From Bilabrum cf. latius (Eukaryota), in assembly GCA_965178125.1 (NCBI GenBank), contig OZ237752.1, positions 1,054,001-1,117,069 of the forward strand: a stretch of 63,069 bases of DNA. The letters run 5' to 3'. The position numbers were made by a program, and so were the translations under genes. This document shows, piece after piece, positions 27,001 through 40,235 of the stretch. Positions within the stretch are counted from its first letter, which is position 1; each line of letters opens with the position of its first letter. Below the pieces are notes generated by a model. That model saw nothing but the letters and a program-made list of their open reading frames with translations, ran no database searches and was not told the origin of the DNA.

Positions 27001-28080
27001 GCTGTCAAGGGGCTCGAGTGCCAGACGCTCATGCAGCTCAAGGCCGCACCAGCCAGCGACGGGCCGGGGGGCGGGCAGGGAAGCGGGGGTGCAAGCGGGC
27101 CAGGGCCCTCGGGTGGGGGCGAGACGGAGCCGCAGCCCGGAGGCGCCCAGTACACGGGTGCGGGGGCAGGCACCGCGCCTGTGGCTGCCGGCACGGGCTC
27201 GGTGCGCAGCATGGGCAAGGGCGCCGCCGGGCTATGCGTGGCGGTGCCCCCTGCGCAGACGGGCGGGCTGGTGTATTTCTGCGGGACCGAGGGCGGCTAT
27301 GTGCACGTGTGCTCGGCATCGTACGCCGAATCCTACCTGCAGTCCGCAAGGCCGCACCGGGCGCCCGTGACGCGCATCCGGCTGCACCCGCTCATGCCCG
27401 ATGCGGCGCTGACGGCCAGCGCGGACTGGTCCGCATCCCTGCTGGACATGGGCCGGCAGGGCGCCACCGTGCGGCAGTTCGCGGCGGGCGACGCGCAGGC
27501 GGCGGTGGCCGATGTGCGGTGGTGCCCTCTGCTGCCCGACCGGTTCGCTGCCGTGACCGAGGACGGCCGCGTGCAGGTGTGGCGGGCGGACGGGCTGCTG
27601 CCGCTGTACGAGCACTCCGTTGGGCGGGAGCTGGGCGCAGAGGAGGCCCTTGAAGCGGACGCAGAGGCGGCGAGGGCGCTTGGGGAGGCGGGCGGCGAGG
27701 GTGCTGGCGAAGGGGAGGGCAAGGAGGAGGAGGGGGAGGGCAAGAGGCGAGGGGGCCGGGGTGAGTCGGCAGACAGCGACGACGAGGAGGAAGCGGCGCG
27801 TTTCCAGTCCCTTGCGGACCGCCGCGCTGCTGCCGCCAAGGAGGCGGCCCGCAAGGCGCTGCACGAGGCGAGGCGTCACTTCACCTTCTGCCTGTGGTCG
27901 AGAGCTGTGCCCGTGCTGCTGACCGGGGATGCAGACGGGAGGGTGGACGTGTACCGCTGCATTGGGGCACCCATGCCTCCGCTGGGGCTAGAGCCCGCAG
28001 GAGAAGCGGTGCTGCGCGTGCTGCGAGGTGCGCAGGCAGTGGAGGCAGGCGACGGAGACGGAGACGAGGACGAGGACTGA
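24090..28080 (+). CDS. Axonemal dynein intermediate chain, WD40 repeat protein (WDR78/DNAI4-like); start uncertain
   Basis: Motifs LDEDDNDRTPRQL, LSESRT..LF, LLAVGYG, WSMRNPEQPE, LVSASSDGRV, GTEGGYVHVCS.SY.ESYL, LTASADWS. Intron 24288-24384. TAGs at 24823, 25639 and 26530; TGA at 28078. Confidence 0.8.
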
Positions 28081-28187
28081 GCGGCGCGGATTCGTCTGAA
28101 ACACAAAGTCATATACCATGGTTGTGCTTTGTTTGCATACTGGCGCAATGCACGCACTGGAGCCTTGCTGCTTCAAGAAGTTCCCAA

Positions 28188-28956
28188 TCACGGGGCCTGC
28201 CTGGCCCTGCGGCGCTCTCCCCGCCTGGCGTTCTGGTATCCCGCCTCGATACCTGCCACCGAGCGAGTGGACCCGCATGTCTTGCACTCGAGGAACTTTA
28301 GCCTGGTCACGTGGTCTCTGCTCAAGCTCGTCTTCAAAGATCTGCAGTTCTCGCAAAGGACGTAAGCCAGGCAGTACTTCTGGAGCAGTGAGGCAATCTT
28401 CTGTGCGCCGTACCTGCCCTTGATGATGAGCTGATGCTTCGCATCCACGCTACCTGTTGTTCCCAGTTCGGCTAGAACAAAAGCTTTGAGGTGATCTTCA
28501 TCCCTCTGCAATGCCGCTGCGTCTGCCGCAAAATTCTCCCAGCAAGACCTGGTCGTTCCAATCGTGGACAAGACAGGGGCAGGAATCTGCGTCGCTTCTC
28601 GAACCATCAAGTTCGGGTTCCTAACTTCAATCTGGTAGTGAGCTCTTGCCAACATTTCTTCATAGTCGTACTCCGGTCTTCCATCAGAAACGAGGCCAGA
28701 CACATGTCCGGCGGTTGCCGTGGGGGTATAGACCGTTGTCTTTCGCTTCTTGGAGTCCTCAAACGCCGCCTTCAACTCCTGCACGAAACGAGCAAATACA
28801 TTCAATCACCAAGTATACAATAGTATGGTGCTGCACGAGACATAACGGGTCAGTCGTGGAGATCAGCTTTCTCACGGCTTCCACATCAATCTTCTCGGCG
28901 GCTGCCGCTGCCAAGGCAAGCATATCTTTTGTAGCTGAATCCATAACGGCTGCCAT
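28188..28956 (-). CDS. EIF2S2: Translation initiation factor eIF2 beta subunit
   Basis: Motifs YDYEEML, FVLAELGTTGSVD, LIIKGRY, YVLCENCRS...FLECKTCGS (Zn ribbon), GYQ. Intron 28779-28875 joins the two ORF-track pieces; TGA stop; no internal TAG. Confidence 0.92.
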
Positions 28957-29113
28957 ATTAACAAGTGTTTAAAGCTAAGAAAAACTTGCTGTTCGGTGTC
29001 TTCAGTGCGTGGCGGCAGCCTGGTTCTCCTTGATTTGAGACTGGTGATTGCGTGTCATTTGCCGGAAACCAGACCTGTTGGCCAGCCTGTTCACGCCTCA
29101 AAACCACCCAACC

Positions 29114-30238
29114 ATGAGTGGAAGTGGCGGATCAGGGGATCCTGAGATGATTGATAAGTACGCTGACTCCAGTGCGGGAGATCGGGCGGCCGAATTGCGA
29201 GATGCCTACGCCGGAAACACTGGTGATAAGTACGGCAACACACAGGACAAGTACGCGACTGGCTCGCGTGGATCTCTGCGGGCCCCGCCGCCCCCATCGG
29301 CTGCATCATCTGGATCTGGATTCTTCGGGTCGCTCTTCGGGGGCGGATAGTCGTCCTAGCCCTCATCTGCATCCAGTCAGCCGAACGGAGGCATGTTTGG
29401 TTCTGCAGGTGGCTTCCTGAAAGGATTGTAGTCGAGGCTGGGAGGTGTGAACCAGCCAGCAAGTGGCAATGGTGATTAGTTCAGCGACCGGGCCACGGAG
29501 GTGCGCCAGGGCTTGAACGAAGGACTTACAGATTCGTCCGGTGGGGCGGCAAATTCATTGGGGGTGGGGTCTAGTGAGGGCGCGACAGCTCAAGATGCGG
29601 TTGCCGCGGCTGCATCCGTTGGAGCGAATCTCATGAAAACTGGCGGCGTTCAGTCGATGCTGGGCATGGCAGGTGCTGGAGTGAGCAAAGAGGCGTAGCA
29701 AGCGCTGATCAGCTCCCAGACGCAGTCCTCCGTGCCAGACGTGGTCCGTCTAGGCCGCGAGCGCAGCACGTACTAGCAATTGCTGTCGAATGTAGGAACG
29801 TGTTACATAATGAGCGGTGCGGCCATGGGCTCGTACGGCCTCTTTTCCGGCGTGCTGAACGCGCAGAGCCGCCGCGCGAGGATTATGGTGAACGCGGGCA
29901 TCAACGGGTTCGTTAGGGGCGGGTCCAGGGCTGCCAATGCAGCCGGTATATTTGCGGGCGTGTACACGCTGGTGCGGCATTACGGCGTGATCGAGGCGCA
30001 GCTGGACAAGCACGTGCTGGCCCCCGTGGGGCTGGCAGGCAGCGACGTGGGAGTGAGCGCGCTGGCGGCTGCCATCTCGGCGGGGATCTACCACACGCCT
30101 CGCATCCTGCGCAAGCCCAACGCGCGGCGGCTCACGTCTGGGTTCATCGCCATGGCTGGGGCCGGCTCCATTGTGCTTGCCCTGGCCACCGCAGGCCCGG
30201 GCATGCTGGGCAAGTATTCCCCGTTCGCCTGGGACTGA
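29114..30238 (+). CDS. Tim17/Tim22/Tim23-family mitochondrial import membrane protein (Tim23-like) with long N-terminal region
   Basis: Motifs NVGTCY, RIMVNAGING..RGGSRAANAAG, LAAAISAGIY. Single frame from ATG 29114 to TGA 30236 with six TAGs (29348, 29357, 29429, 29477, 29696, 29774). Confidence 0.75.
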
Positions 30239-30642
30239 GGGCTTGGTGATGTACTTGTTGCACAGAGAGGTTGTACTGTATTTATCACAGATATTTCTTG
30301 GGTCATCTTCTGAACATGGTTCTATGGCTTGCTGAACCGCTGTGTTGCGCCAAGAAGGTCAGCGGCCTCCCCGGCGAGGACGGGTCTAGCTGCAGGTCGA
30401 GGAGGGTGGTGGACGCGGTGAAATTCGTCAGGGGCCATGCTTCCTGGTTCCTGCAGGAGTAGGCCCACACTGCCGAACCCCCGCAACATCCCTGCAGCAC
30501 TATCACAGATATTTCTCGAGTTCGTTCGCTGGGGTTCGCTGGCCCTTCTGGTGGTAGTGTGACATTATACGAGAAATACGAATTGCGAACGAAAAGATAC
30601 CAATTTCCAAGCAGAGGTTGAATCCACTGCAGCAAGCGCGTT

Positions 30643-31948
30643 ATGTCGGCTTACGATGACGATGAAAATCCTTGGGCTGATCCAAGCCCTTCTTCTTAGG
30701 CGCCGGGTCCCGCAGCCCAAGGAGCAAACGCTCCCCAGGCTGGGAGCTCGCAAGACGAATCCGGAGGTTTCGGGGAGGGAATGGGCGGAGTGTCTGAAGC
30801 TGTCGGAGACGCGGCCACAGTCGTTGGTGCAGGTATTACAACAGCGTGAGGGTTGCATTTAGCTTTGCCTGATGCGCTGCCTCCCAGTATAGATCGGAAT
30901 GCGTTTGCGGGTATGCCTCTCGTAGGTTGCCACTCCTTGCTACTCGGTCCGTGCTGCGCCAGTTGGTACTATTCATTGACCTTGTACTGCCTAGATTTGA
31001 ATCTTTCTGGCACCCTGCACCTCTGGCTCTATGCCCCGCAGAGTTGCTGCGATCCCGTATGTTTGGGTCCTGTGGCTGCTCCGCATCTTAAATTTTATCA
31101 ATGGAGGATTGCTGGTTTGGGGTTGCTACCAGGCCTTCTAGATCCTTGGCACCGGCGGTGGCGTCATTACGCGCTCATTCTTGGCACTGTATCTAGGACT
31201 GTTCGGCCTGCTTCTCGTCATCTTCGAGCTTCGAGTCGGCTTCATTGAGAGCTTCATTAAGAAGAGGTTTGGGTTCATGTTCAACCATACGGGCCGTTTG
31301 ATGTACCTTATTTTCGTCGGCGCGATTGGCTTCGGCATCCTAGATGACAGCAACAAGGACACGACGGGCCGCAGCTGGGTGACTGGCATCTGCGTCACTA
31401 CACTGGGCAACGCGGTCATCAACATGACGATCATGTGCTTCCACCCGGCATTTGCTAATCAGGACAAGTCTGGCGAGCCTTCAGAGGAGCAGCTGGAGGC
31501 ATACCTGGCCAAGCACCCGGAGGTCGCGCAGAAAGCCGCGCAGGGAGACGCGGGCGAGGCAGCCGTGGCGGTGGCAGCCAGCGCACGGCAGCCCCACGTC
31601 CGCTCCTCAAGGGGGGGAGGGGGGCGGGGAGGGGCCGCCGCACCGGCCGAGGCTGGGGGGTACACACCACCAGTAGTCAAGTCGGAGCCTGCCGCCGTGC
31701 CCTTCGATTCCTTCGGCCAGTCCATGGGCGGCTCCTCCGGGCAGTCGGCCTCAGCCACGCCTGCTGCAGGCCCCGTGGACGTGGACGACATTGACCCATT
31801 CAGCGCATCGGCACCGGCGCCCGCGCCTGCACCCGCCCCCGCGCCGGCACCGGCACCGGCACCGGCACCCGCCGCGTCTGCCGCCGCCCCCGCTGCTGAT
31901 GATGACGATGATGTGGACAACCCCTTCGCGGATAGCAGCGCGTTCTGA
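30643..31948 (+). CDS. TVP15/COPI-associated-type Golgi membrane protein with Pro/Ala-rich tail
   Basis: Motifs LRILNFING, YLGLFGLLLVIFEL, FGFMFNHTGRLMYLIFVG, and terminal NPF. One or more introns between ~30835 and ~31040. In-frame TAGs at 30697 and ~31139; TGA stop. Confidence 0.7.
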
Positions 31949-32186
31949 GGCGGAGGGGAGTGAGCCGCGAGCGAGCGAGTGTGCTGATGCTGCAGCCGAT
32001 GGGGTGCAAGCTGGCCAGCTGGTGTTTATTGCAAGAATTCTTCCAGTGCTCCTCAGCGTGCCGGGTCTTCCACAAGATTGTTTTATGCCTCTCATGCACA
32101 GACTGTGTGCAACCTCGCTCGATGCAGCAGTCAAATCCGACACCTGGGACCCTCACCACTAGATCTAACAACTATTATATATAATT

Positions 32187-33155
32187 TCACATAGCATCGG
32201 GGTCCACTGGCAGCTGCAGCTAAGCTTCCACCGGCAAGTGCCTTGGGGTGTCGAACCACGATGGGGCGTGCTCGGTGCTGGCCCGCGAGTGGCCCTCTGC
32301 CGCAGCAGCGGGTCGCACCTCCACTGTGTCACCCTGTCGAAGCGGCAGCGGCACTGCGTCCACACCAGAGACAGAGGCCTTGCGCTGCACAGAAAAGTAA
32401 GGGCATATCCTCTGAATGGGAGGGTCGCCATTCGACTACCACGACGTGAGGTAAGGGGGGACCACCAGGTCGATCACGAGGGCTCCTGGACTGCACCTGT
32501 CAGTGGAGGCATCCTTCCCTGCATCTGCACTGCTGCTTGCCATAAGACTAGGCGTCGCCGCGGAATCCGCTCGCAGCGTTGTGCTGTGGAACTTGGGTGG
32601 CTCGCAGGCAGCAAACACGCTCTGGCTGTGGCTCTAATCCGGGTGAAGAGCCATGAATTCATGGATATTACGGGTCTGAGGCTCAAGCCAGGTCCAGCCC
32701 GAAGGACCGAGGACAGATGTGCCATGGAATGACGCCACTGGACCCCGCTATGGTATTCTGTAGGCTAGCTCGGGTCGTATTCTCTCGGCATCAAGAAAGT
32801 CAAATGAAGCAACTGCTAGGTTTCCTGAAAGTACTTTTGTGAATACAGTCTGGTTTGGATGTCCATGCAGCGGGAGCCGTGCGCCCGCAGCTAGGTAGAA
32901 AGCGGCTATATCAAAGAGCCCACTGGGATCCTAGTACACCGGGAGATAGTGGCATCGTCCCACGAACTTAAATTGGTCCCAATCAACCCCATCAAGCTCG
33001 CTGAATATTGAGACGAGCTTTGAAGACGGACCACTTGCAATATCGTCTTGCACCGTGTCCAGAGCTCGCTACCAATGCATTGATTTGCCAGCCGCTGAGC
33101 TCAACAAGCCTCGCACGCCCTTAATCACGCATTGGATGCGCTATAAAGCTGCCAT
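32187..33155 (-). CDS. Thiol dioxygenase of the cysteamine dioxygenase (ADO) / plant cysteine oxidase (PCO) family, ~322 aa
   Basis: Manual translation with TAG as X: MAALXRI...HYLPVYXD..FDIAAFYL.....LPLHGHPNQTVFTKVLSG....SFDF...EPQTRNIHEFMA...IDLVVPPY...RICPYF. The three-His metal site is present. Seven TAGs; TGA at 32187. Only a 60-aa fragment appears in the ORF track. Confidence 0.85.
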
Positions 33156-33308
33156 TGATTCGCAACTGGCCGCCCCAGACGCACTTCTGTTGCGGGCGGA
33201 ATAGACTTACAGGGCAGTGCAGTTTCACTTTGCTGCTGATTCGGTGGGCGGCGCCCAGTGAATCCAGATGATGAGATGACATAAATACTTAGTGAATGCC
33301 TACATCAA

Positions 33309-36300
33309 TTAGCTTTTAAAGGCAACAGCGCCAGCCACAATAGCCACCAGAGTTGCCAGCCCAGCCACACCCTCAGCCTGCAGTCCGCTCACTGACCCCT
33401 TGGAAGCAACCTCCACCTGCTCAACCTGGGTGGCCCAATGAAACCCACCCCGTATAGCCGATTCCAGTAGTACTCCGACCCTAGACGCAGCTGCATCTGC
33501 ATGAGACTCCGCCCACTGCACCGCCACCCCGATGGCAGATCTAGCCCCTCCCTCCCGGCCCAGCGCCAGCACCTCTGGCAGGCCCTCCCTGGGTGCCACA
33601 GAGCCTTTGCCCAGCAGCCGCAGGGCCTACTCCGCTGCTTTCTTACTCGGAATGATCCCCGCCTCTTGTCCACCACTCCTTCCCTCCCCATCCGAGCCTG
33701 CACTGCCAAGCACACGTCTGGCCGAGACCTGCAGTCTCCCGAGAAGCCAAGCCCCCCGCTGAGACGCGCCCCCCGTAAACTCGGATACGTCCTCTCGGGA
33801 CAGCATTTCCTGGGCCTGCTTCCACCTGGTGGGCAGGTTGAGCAGCACCAGACACGCCCCCACTGCAGCCGCCGCCTGCCTCGGGGCCTTGCCCAAAGCA
33901 CCCAGGCTGGCGACAGCTGCTGGGGACACCAGCCCGCCCCATGTGACTGCCAGTGCACATGCCAAGCACTCATCCGACACGCCATCGGGGGGAGATACGG
34001 GAGGACTAACTCTATTCGTAGCTGCGGTAGACAGCTCGGGTGCAAGGGGTGCTTCGAGGCGACCTTGCCCCACCTTGGCTTCAGCCTGCACAGCAGCGAG
34101 GGCTCCTGCCTCCCAAGGCGCTTGCATACCGTGCCGCTGCAAGTGAGGGGACATATGGACAAGTGCAGCATCGACTGCTGCTGCCATGCCAAGCCGAATG
34201 TCTCTGGTCTCGGGCCCACCTGCTGCTTTGGCCACGTGCTCATCAGCAGGGATCATGTCCTCGACCCCGGCTGCCCTATCACTGTGCTTGCGGCGAAGAG
34301 CCTGCCACACCCGCCCGGGCCCTTTATCTAGAGCCAGTTTCATTGCCTTCTCGGCTCGGCCCGGCGCAAATCCAAAGTAGAAGAGTAGCACCCTCCCAAG
34401 AGCGAGCCTGTCAGACAGCTGCTGCAGAGACGGGCCCCGTGGTGTACTGCTGTCTTTCGAGGACTCGCCTGGCCGCTTGTCGACTGGTTCGTTTGTGCCT
34501 TCCATGGAGGTGCCTGCGGATGGCTATGCTGCCATGGCTTGCTCCTTCCCAGCGATCGACCCTTCTTTAGTTGCCCGCGCTGGGCTGCCATCGCTGCCAT
34601 CCGCCTCCAAGCCAGATGCTCCTGTCTGCGCTGGGCTAGCATCGCTGCCATCCGCCTCCAAGCCAGATGCTCCTGTCTGCGCTGGGCTGCCATCGCTGCC
34701 ATCCGCCTCCAAGCCAGATGCTCCTGTCTGCGCTGGGCTGCCATCGCTGCCATCCGCCTCCAAGCCAGATGCTCCTGTCTGCGCTGGGCTGCCATCGCTG
34801 CCATCCGCCTCCAAGCCAGATGCTCCTGTCTGCGCTGGGCTGCCACCACTGCCATCCGCCTCCAAGCCAGATGCTCCTGCGTACGGAACCTGTATGGGTG
34901 ATGAAGCTGCATTCTTCTGGATGCCGGAGGAGACAGACTCCACGTGACTCATCTTTGCGACCAATTCACGCGTCGGTGGCTCGCGAACGATGCCTCCATT
35001 TGATGCTAGCCCGCATGCAGCAGCTACGGCCCCTTGTCCAACTGTGCCGCTGTCCATCTCTATAGCCTGCCTATGCCACACCTGAGCTGCTCTATCCGCC
35101 GCCGCTCGCCACACATCCATCTCTCGGCCCTTGGACTCGCTAATGCTTCGTTGCTTCCTCGCGAGCGCTGGCCACAGCTTTGGGCCGTGCTTTGCCCACA
35201 TCGAAACCGCCTTGGAGCATGCCTTCGACCAGTGCTGGCGACTGGCAGCGGCCAGTTCTGTCGAGTTGCCGGCCGCGGGTGTTGGTCTGTTGAGCACGTT
35301 AGTGAGCGCGCATGTCAGGGCAGCTTTGCTCGCGAGCGACAACCAGTCCCGCCGGGCCATAACGACAGGGTGGGCCTTCCGCAGTGCCTCAGACAGCTGG
35401 ACGTCTCGATCCTGCTCGTGTGCGGGGCGAGCGCTGGATGAGACATCGTCGTCCTCCTGTCCGGGAATGGTCACATTGGCCAGGAGATACAGCCGGGGGG
35501 ATTTCGGAATAGCCAATAGCAGAGACGAAGGGTCCGAATCGATATCGACGTCCACAGCCCGCCAGTGCTTTGGGTCCGCGAAACGGGCGCGTGGCACCGC
35601 CACAGCAACCCCCTCAGCAGTGGAAGGCTCTATACCCGAAACAAATTGTCCTTTGCGATCACCACTTCTCTTGGCTGGCTTGTCAGATCGATCGCTGGGG
35701 CTGGTTTCCGCAGGCTTGGTGCTTGCAGACTGACCACCATGACTTGCATCCCCCCTAGGCTCGATGCTAGCATCAGACGCACCTGCCGACCCTGCGCTCT
35801 CGATGGCACCCTCGCCACTCATTTGCTCCACAACATCAGACCTGGCTCGAGATTCGGTCAGATCTGCAGGATCTGCAGCATCAGAAACAGGCTCTCCGGT
35901 CCCATTTGCTGCATTGGAGTCGGCCTCTGCGGCTTCTCTCGAACCCAATTGCTCCGCGGGCTCAGACCCACCAGGTGCACCGGGCCTGTTGTCCACTAAA
36001 GCCTTTTGGTCGGTGCCGACAGCGTCAGCTCCGACCCCATTGCTAGCCCTCTCCTCGTGCACTTCACTCTATTGTTCAGGCGCTGTGCTATCTGCGCCTC
36101 TATGCTGCCCTTGGGAGCTTGCTGTACTGACCGACAACGCTCCAGCATGTTCCAAGTTTCGCAAACCCATGTGAATCGCTGATTTACCTCCGTTGTCGTG
36201 CTGACTCCCAGTCGCGCCTTGGTTCTGGAGGGACTTGGCCCGCCCCATCGGGTCGTGCGCAGGACTCCCACTGGCCTTATCGGACCCCAATTCCTCGTAC

Positions 36301-39206
36301 GATAACTCAGATGCACCAGGTGGTCGCCGCATTGACGGAGCCGAGATGAAGTCGCCGTGCAGATGGGCAGAGGAGGCGCTGCTGCTGGAGATGTTCATCT
36401 CCGTCTGCTGGTCATGGGCAGATGTTGGCCTAGATCCTGGCCTGGACGGCCCTCTCGATCCTGGCCTGGATCCTGGCCTGGATGGTCCCCTAGACCCTGG
36501 CCTCGATCCTCCCCTTGAGCTGCTCCTCGACCTTCCAGCGAACGGACTGGCCATCGCTGCCCCTGGCAGAGCCTCTATACTTCCTGCAACTGGACCTCGG
36601 CTCTTTGGTCTCAATGACGTCCCCGAGATAGGATACAATCCTGCCTTAGGCGCTGGGGTTTCACTCGCCTGCAACGAAGGCTACGATGCTGCTTCCACCC
36701 GTGACCCGGCTATGAGGTGCCCGGCGGGCATTTCTCGCTTGGCGTTGTCGTGCTATGTGTCGACTGCCAGGGCATGCTCTGCACCCCTCTCGCCTATGGC
36801 TGTCTTCTCCTGGTCGCTTTTTGCCTCGGATAAACGCCGCGAGTTGAGCTAATTGATCGATGCAGACTCTGCCTGATTCGCAGATATGTCTGACTTGTCC
36901 CCAGCTTGCTCCATTGGCTTTGACCGACCCACTTCCTAGCCATCCAATCCCAGCCGATCCGCAGAGGGCATCTCGCCCGAGGCAAGAAGTGACGGCTTTA
37001 CCTCGCGTTGCTGCTCGCCCTGTGCATGAGCGGCCCTGCGTCGGCTTGTAGATTGCTTGGAGACTGCAACGGGGAGCACCTGCCGCTCAACGAATCGGCG
37101 CACGCTGGGATCATGCCTGACGGCCTCTTCTAGCTGAGGGAGAAATCCCAGCGGAGCAGGCACCGATTTAACCTGCACTTCGGGTGTCCCACCTTGCGCC
37201 TACCTATGCCCGCGAGTTGCCTTTGTCTTCGACTATGGCGTCTCTACAGATGCAGATGCCCCATTGGGAGTGTCTGTGGCAAGGACGCTACCAATTCTAG
37301 CTGCAGGCCCACGCGGGCCCAAGACGGCATTTGCTCCACCGCGACCGCGCGTACCCATAGACACAGCCCGCAGGGGTCGCTGCGTGCCAGGCGCAGAGGC
37401 TGCACGAGCTGGTGCGCGGATCTCGATCGGTTCGATGCGGGCGTCGAGGCCCTTGCGCAGGGCGGGTGGTGTCGCTCCAGCAGGCTCGTGCTGAGCAGGT
37501 GGCGCTCTTTCCGGCGACCTCAAGCGCGCGGGGTTAGCTCCCCCAGGTGTCCCGCCGGCTCTGCCTGCCCTCGACTTAGGCTTACTCCCCTTGCGCCGCC
37601 GAGAGCCAGACCGCACCTTCTGCGCCCATGGCCTGTCCCGCCGCTTGCCCACCCCGCCCTAGGCCGCCGTCCGCGCTCGAACCCGCACTGGGCTCCGCAG
37701 CACAGATCGACCTCTGCGGGTGCCTAGCCTTGCTCCGTCTTTCAGCGGAGAGGATGCGATAGACTCTGCCAGTCCGCCGCGATGCCTGCCCAGCGCTGAC
37801 ATGCTCTGTTGGTTGCGGTCCAGTGCCGGCTTCTCGCGCGTGCTTGACCTGGACCGACTCGGGCCGCGAGCTCGCCCGCCTCCTCGCACGCGCTGGCCGT
37901 GGATGCTGCTAAGCCTGCCTCTTTCCGTGGGCCCCAGCGACAATCCGCCGTCCGACTCCCGCAGCGGAGACGCCGCGCCCCACGATACCGCCAGTGCTTT
38001 GATGCTGTCCTGCTGCATGGCGGCCCTGGCGTCACCTTCCGCACCTGCCACGTCACCGACGGGACTGTATGCGCGCCGCTAAGCGTGTTTCGAGCAATCG
38101 GACGCATCTGTCACAACGCCCTGTGGGCTACCTACGCCGCTAGCGAGAGCGCGGTGCCGCCGCGCTGCTGCTGCTGCAGGCTGGTGAGCGGTGGCGGCGC
38201 GGCGGTGCTCCGAGCTGTCTCTGCGCCTGACTCTAGCCCTGCCGATTGTGGATTCCGCGCGCCGCCCTCTGCTCCGCCCCCGCTGCTTGGCATGGCCGCG
38301 CCTAGGCTGCCTTCGCATTGGCGACATTGCCTGCCTCCTGCTAGCCGGCTCTGATATCGGCGGCAGCCGCGCGACTGGCGCCGGAGACCCCCTCCGATTG
38401 GTCCTTCTAGTGGATGCTCCGTGTCCCCTCCCCTTAGTGCCGCCCATCTCACGGTTCTTCCTGCCCTCTGTAGCAACAGAAGCAAGCTGCCCCTGCCCCT
38501 GCCCACCCGCTCCAGGTAAACCCCTGCGAGCCATCGTTCTGCCGCGAGATGCATGCCCAGCCCCTGGCTGCGCGGCCCCCCTGCTATTCCCGCCCTCCAT
38601 GATACGTCGCACGAGGGCAGGGTCGTCAGGCAACTTGCCCAGCGCATCCAACCGGGCCAGCTCCTGCTGCTGCTGCTCGCGGTGCCGACGCACCTTCTTC
38701 TGCCGCTGCAGCCCACGAAGCATGCGTCGCACTGCTGCTTTTTCAGCTGCCTGTTCCCTTCTTCTCTCTGCGTCGAGTTTCTTCCGCAGCCTGCGCGCTT
38801 GCTGCTTGCGCTCCCGCATCATCGCAAGGGCTGCCTGCTCCTGCTGGTCCGCTCGTTGCTGGGCTTGCTCGGCCTATCGCTTTCGGCGTGCCTCTTTTGC
38901 CGCAAGCCAGGCGGAAAAGTCATCGCCAGAGCTATTAGCATGCGTGTTCGACTGACTTTCCCCGCTTGTACCGGTTGCGCTGTCCAATTTCTCATTTGGA
39001 GTGTGGTAGTCGCGTTCCGCTGCTGCTAGCTGCCTGTCTGAAGATCGGCCCGACTCTGGCGATTTTGTCTCTGCATGGGGTCCATCCTTCTGGAAATTAT
39101 CCAATGCTTTGGTGCGGTCGGGTGATGAAGACTAGAACGCAGCTTCTTTCTCCCCGTGAGGACTCTTCTGCTCGCCGGCTTCCAGCGAAGCTCCCTCTCG
39201 TGACAT
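33309..39206 (-). CDS. Large (~1,965 aa) low-complexity/coiled-coil protein of unknown function with C-terminal hydrophobic anchor
   Basis: Nine ORF-track pieces (33309, 33627, 34524, 36069, 36936, 37233, 37659, 38079, 38874) share one frame, joined only by TAG. ATG at 39206, TAA stop at 33309. No family recognised. Confidence 0.75.
34577..34880 (-). repeat. Coding tandem repeat, 51-bp unit, ~6 copies (AQTGASGLEADGSDGSP)
   Basis: Near-identical repeats directly visible in the DNA and in the 34524-36062 translation. Confidence 0.95.
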
Positions 39207-39651
39207 CGTTCTGCCAACTTCAAAACTGCCCAGGCCAAACGATCTAGTATATTAGCACCTTACTGTGTGCATCTTCAAGCCCAACCACCGAAAATCTCTT
39301 TCGAGAGAGCGAAGAAATCGATGAGGCTCGGTGTTCAACGGCACTTCCACGGGAAATCCTTTGCAATCAAACAACTGCTTGCTTAACGGTAAATTTTACT
39401 CGCTTACGATATCTGATTGCTCAAATTGTCGGTATTTTGAAAGACGATAGCGTAGTTGGCGCCCGTATGAGCACCCGTGCCGCCGTCGCGGTGGGAATTC
39501 GGAACAAAATTCACAGTGCCGTTTGCTTGGCCTTCCGGTGCACCATTCAAAGGGTATCTTGGTGTATCAGCCTCTGAGTTACACAGTTGCAATAATAAGC
39601 CTCTGTAGTTTGGGATTTTGCCCTCGGCAGCGAAAAGAGGGCTTGCCAGCT

Positions 39652-40170
39652 ATGCCACGGTCTTCGTCTCACGTTGTGATCCCACTTCGATTCGTGTTGA
39701 CCATGCTTCACTTTATTGCAACAATTTTGGTTTTCTCACAAAGGGTAAGGGCTGCGTTTCATCTTGATAAAATCTCGATTGGGCGGAATCAGGGGCTATC
39801 GTGATTGCACGCCCACTTGAATTTTTGTTTTGCGCAGGACACGAATATCCGGGCATCCCTTGCACTGGCAGCGAGTCAAGATGAATACTCGAGGGTAGAT
39901 TCATCGTTGCAGGGTGCTTGGGCCCTCGCCTTGATCTCCGCGGGTCTCTGCTTTCTTGGATAGTTCGGAGGATTCACGACGTTCATGCCGGGCGTCAACG
40001 CCTTGCAAATCGTCTTGCAGGCATTCGGGGGAGTGTTAACATCTTTGTTTATTTTAGACGGCTGGAGTGTTGCCGCGTACTGGTGGGTGGTCGTGTTTTT
40101 TTCGGTGCTGCCAGGCATTCTGGAATCGGCGCTCATTGGTGGCGTCGGTTTCAACATGGTGCAGTACTAA
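39652..40170 (+). CDS. TMEM107: Ciliary transition-zone protein TMEM107
   Basis: Motifs VIPLRFVLTMLHF, RDTNIRASL, EYSRVD, GXFGGFTTF, LFILDGW...YWWV.VFFSVLP..LE. Intron 39745-39837; TAG at 39961; TAA stop at 40168. Confidence 0.85.
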
Positions 40171-40235
40171 ATTACCGATAATTGAAATCCGAGAGAGTCG
40201 GCATTTACTTTCAACATCCAGTCTGCCACTCATTA

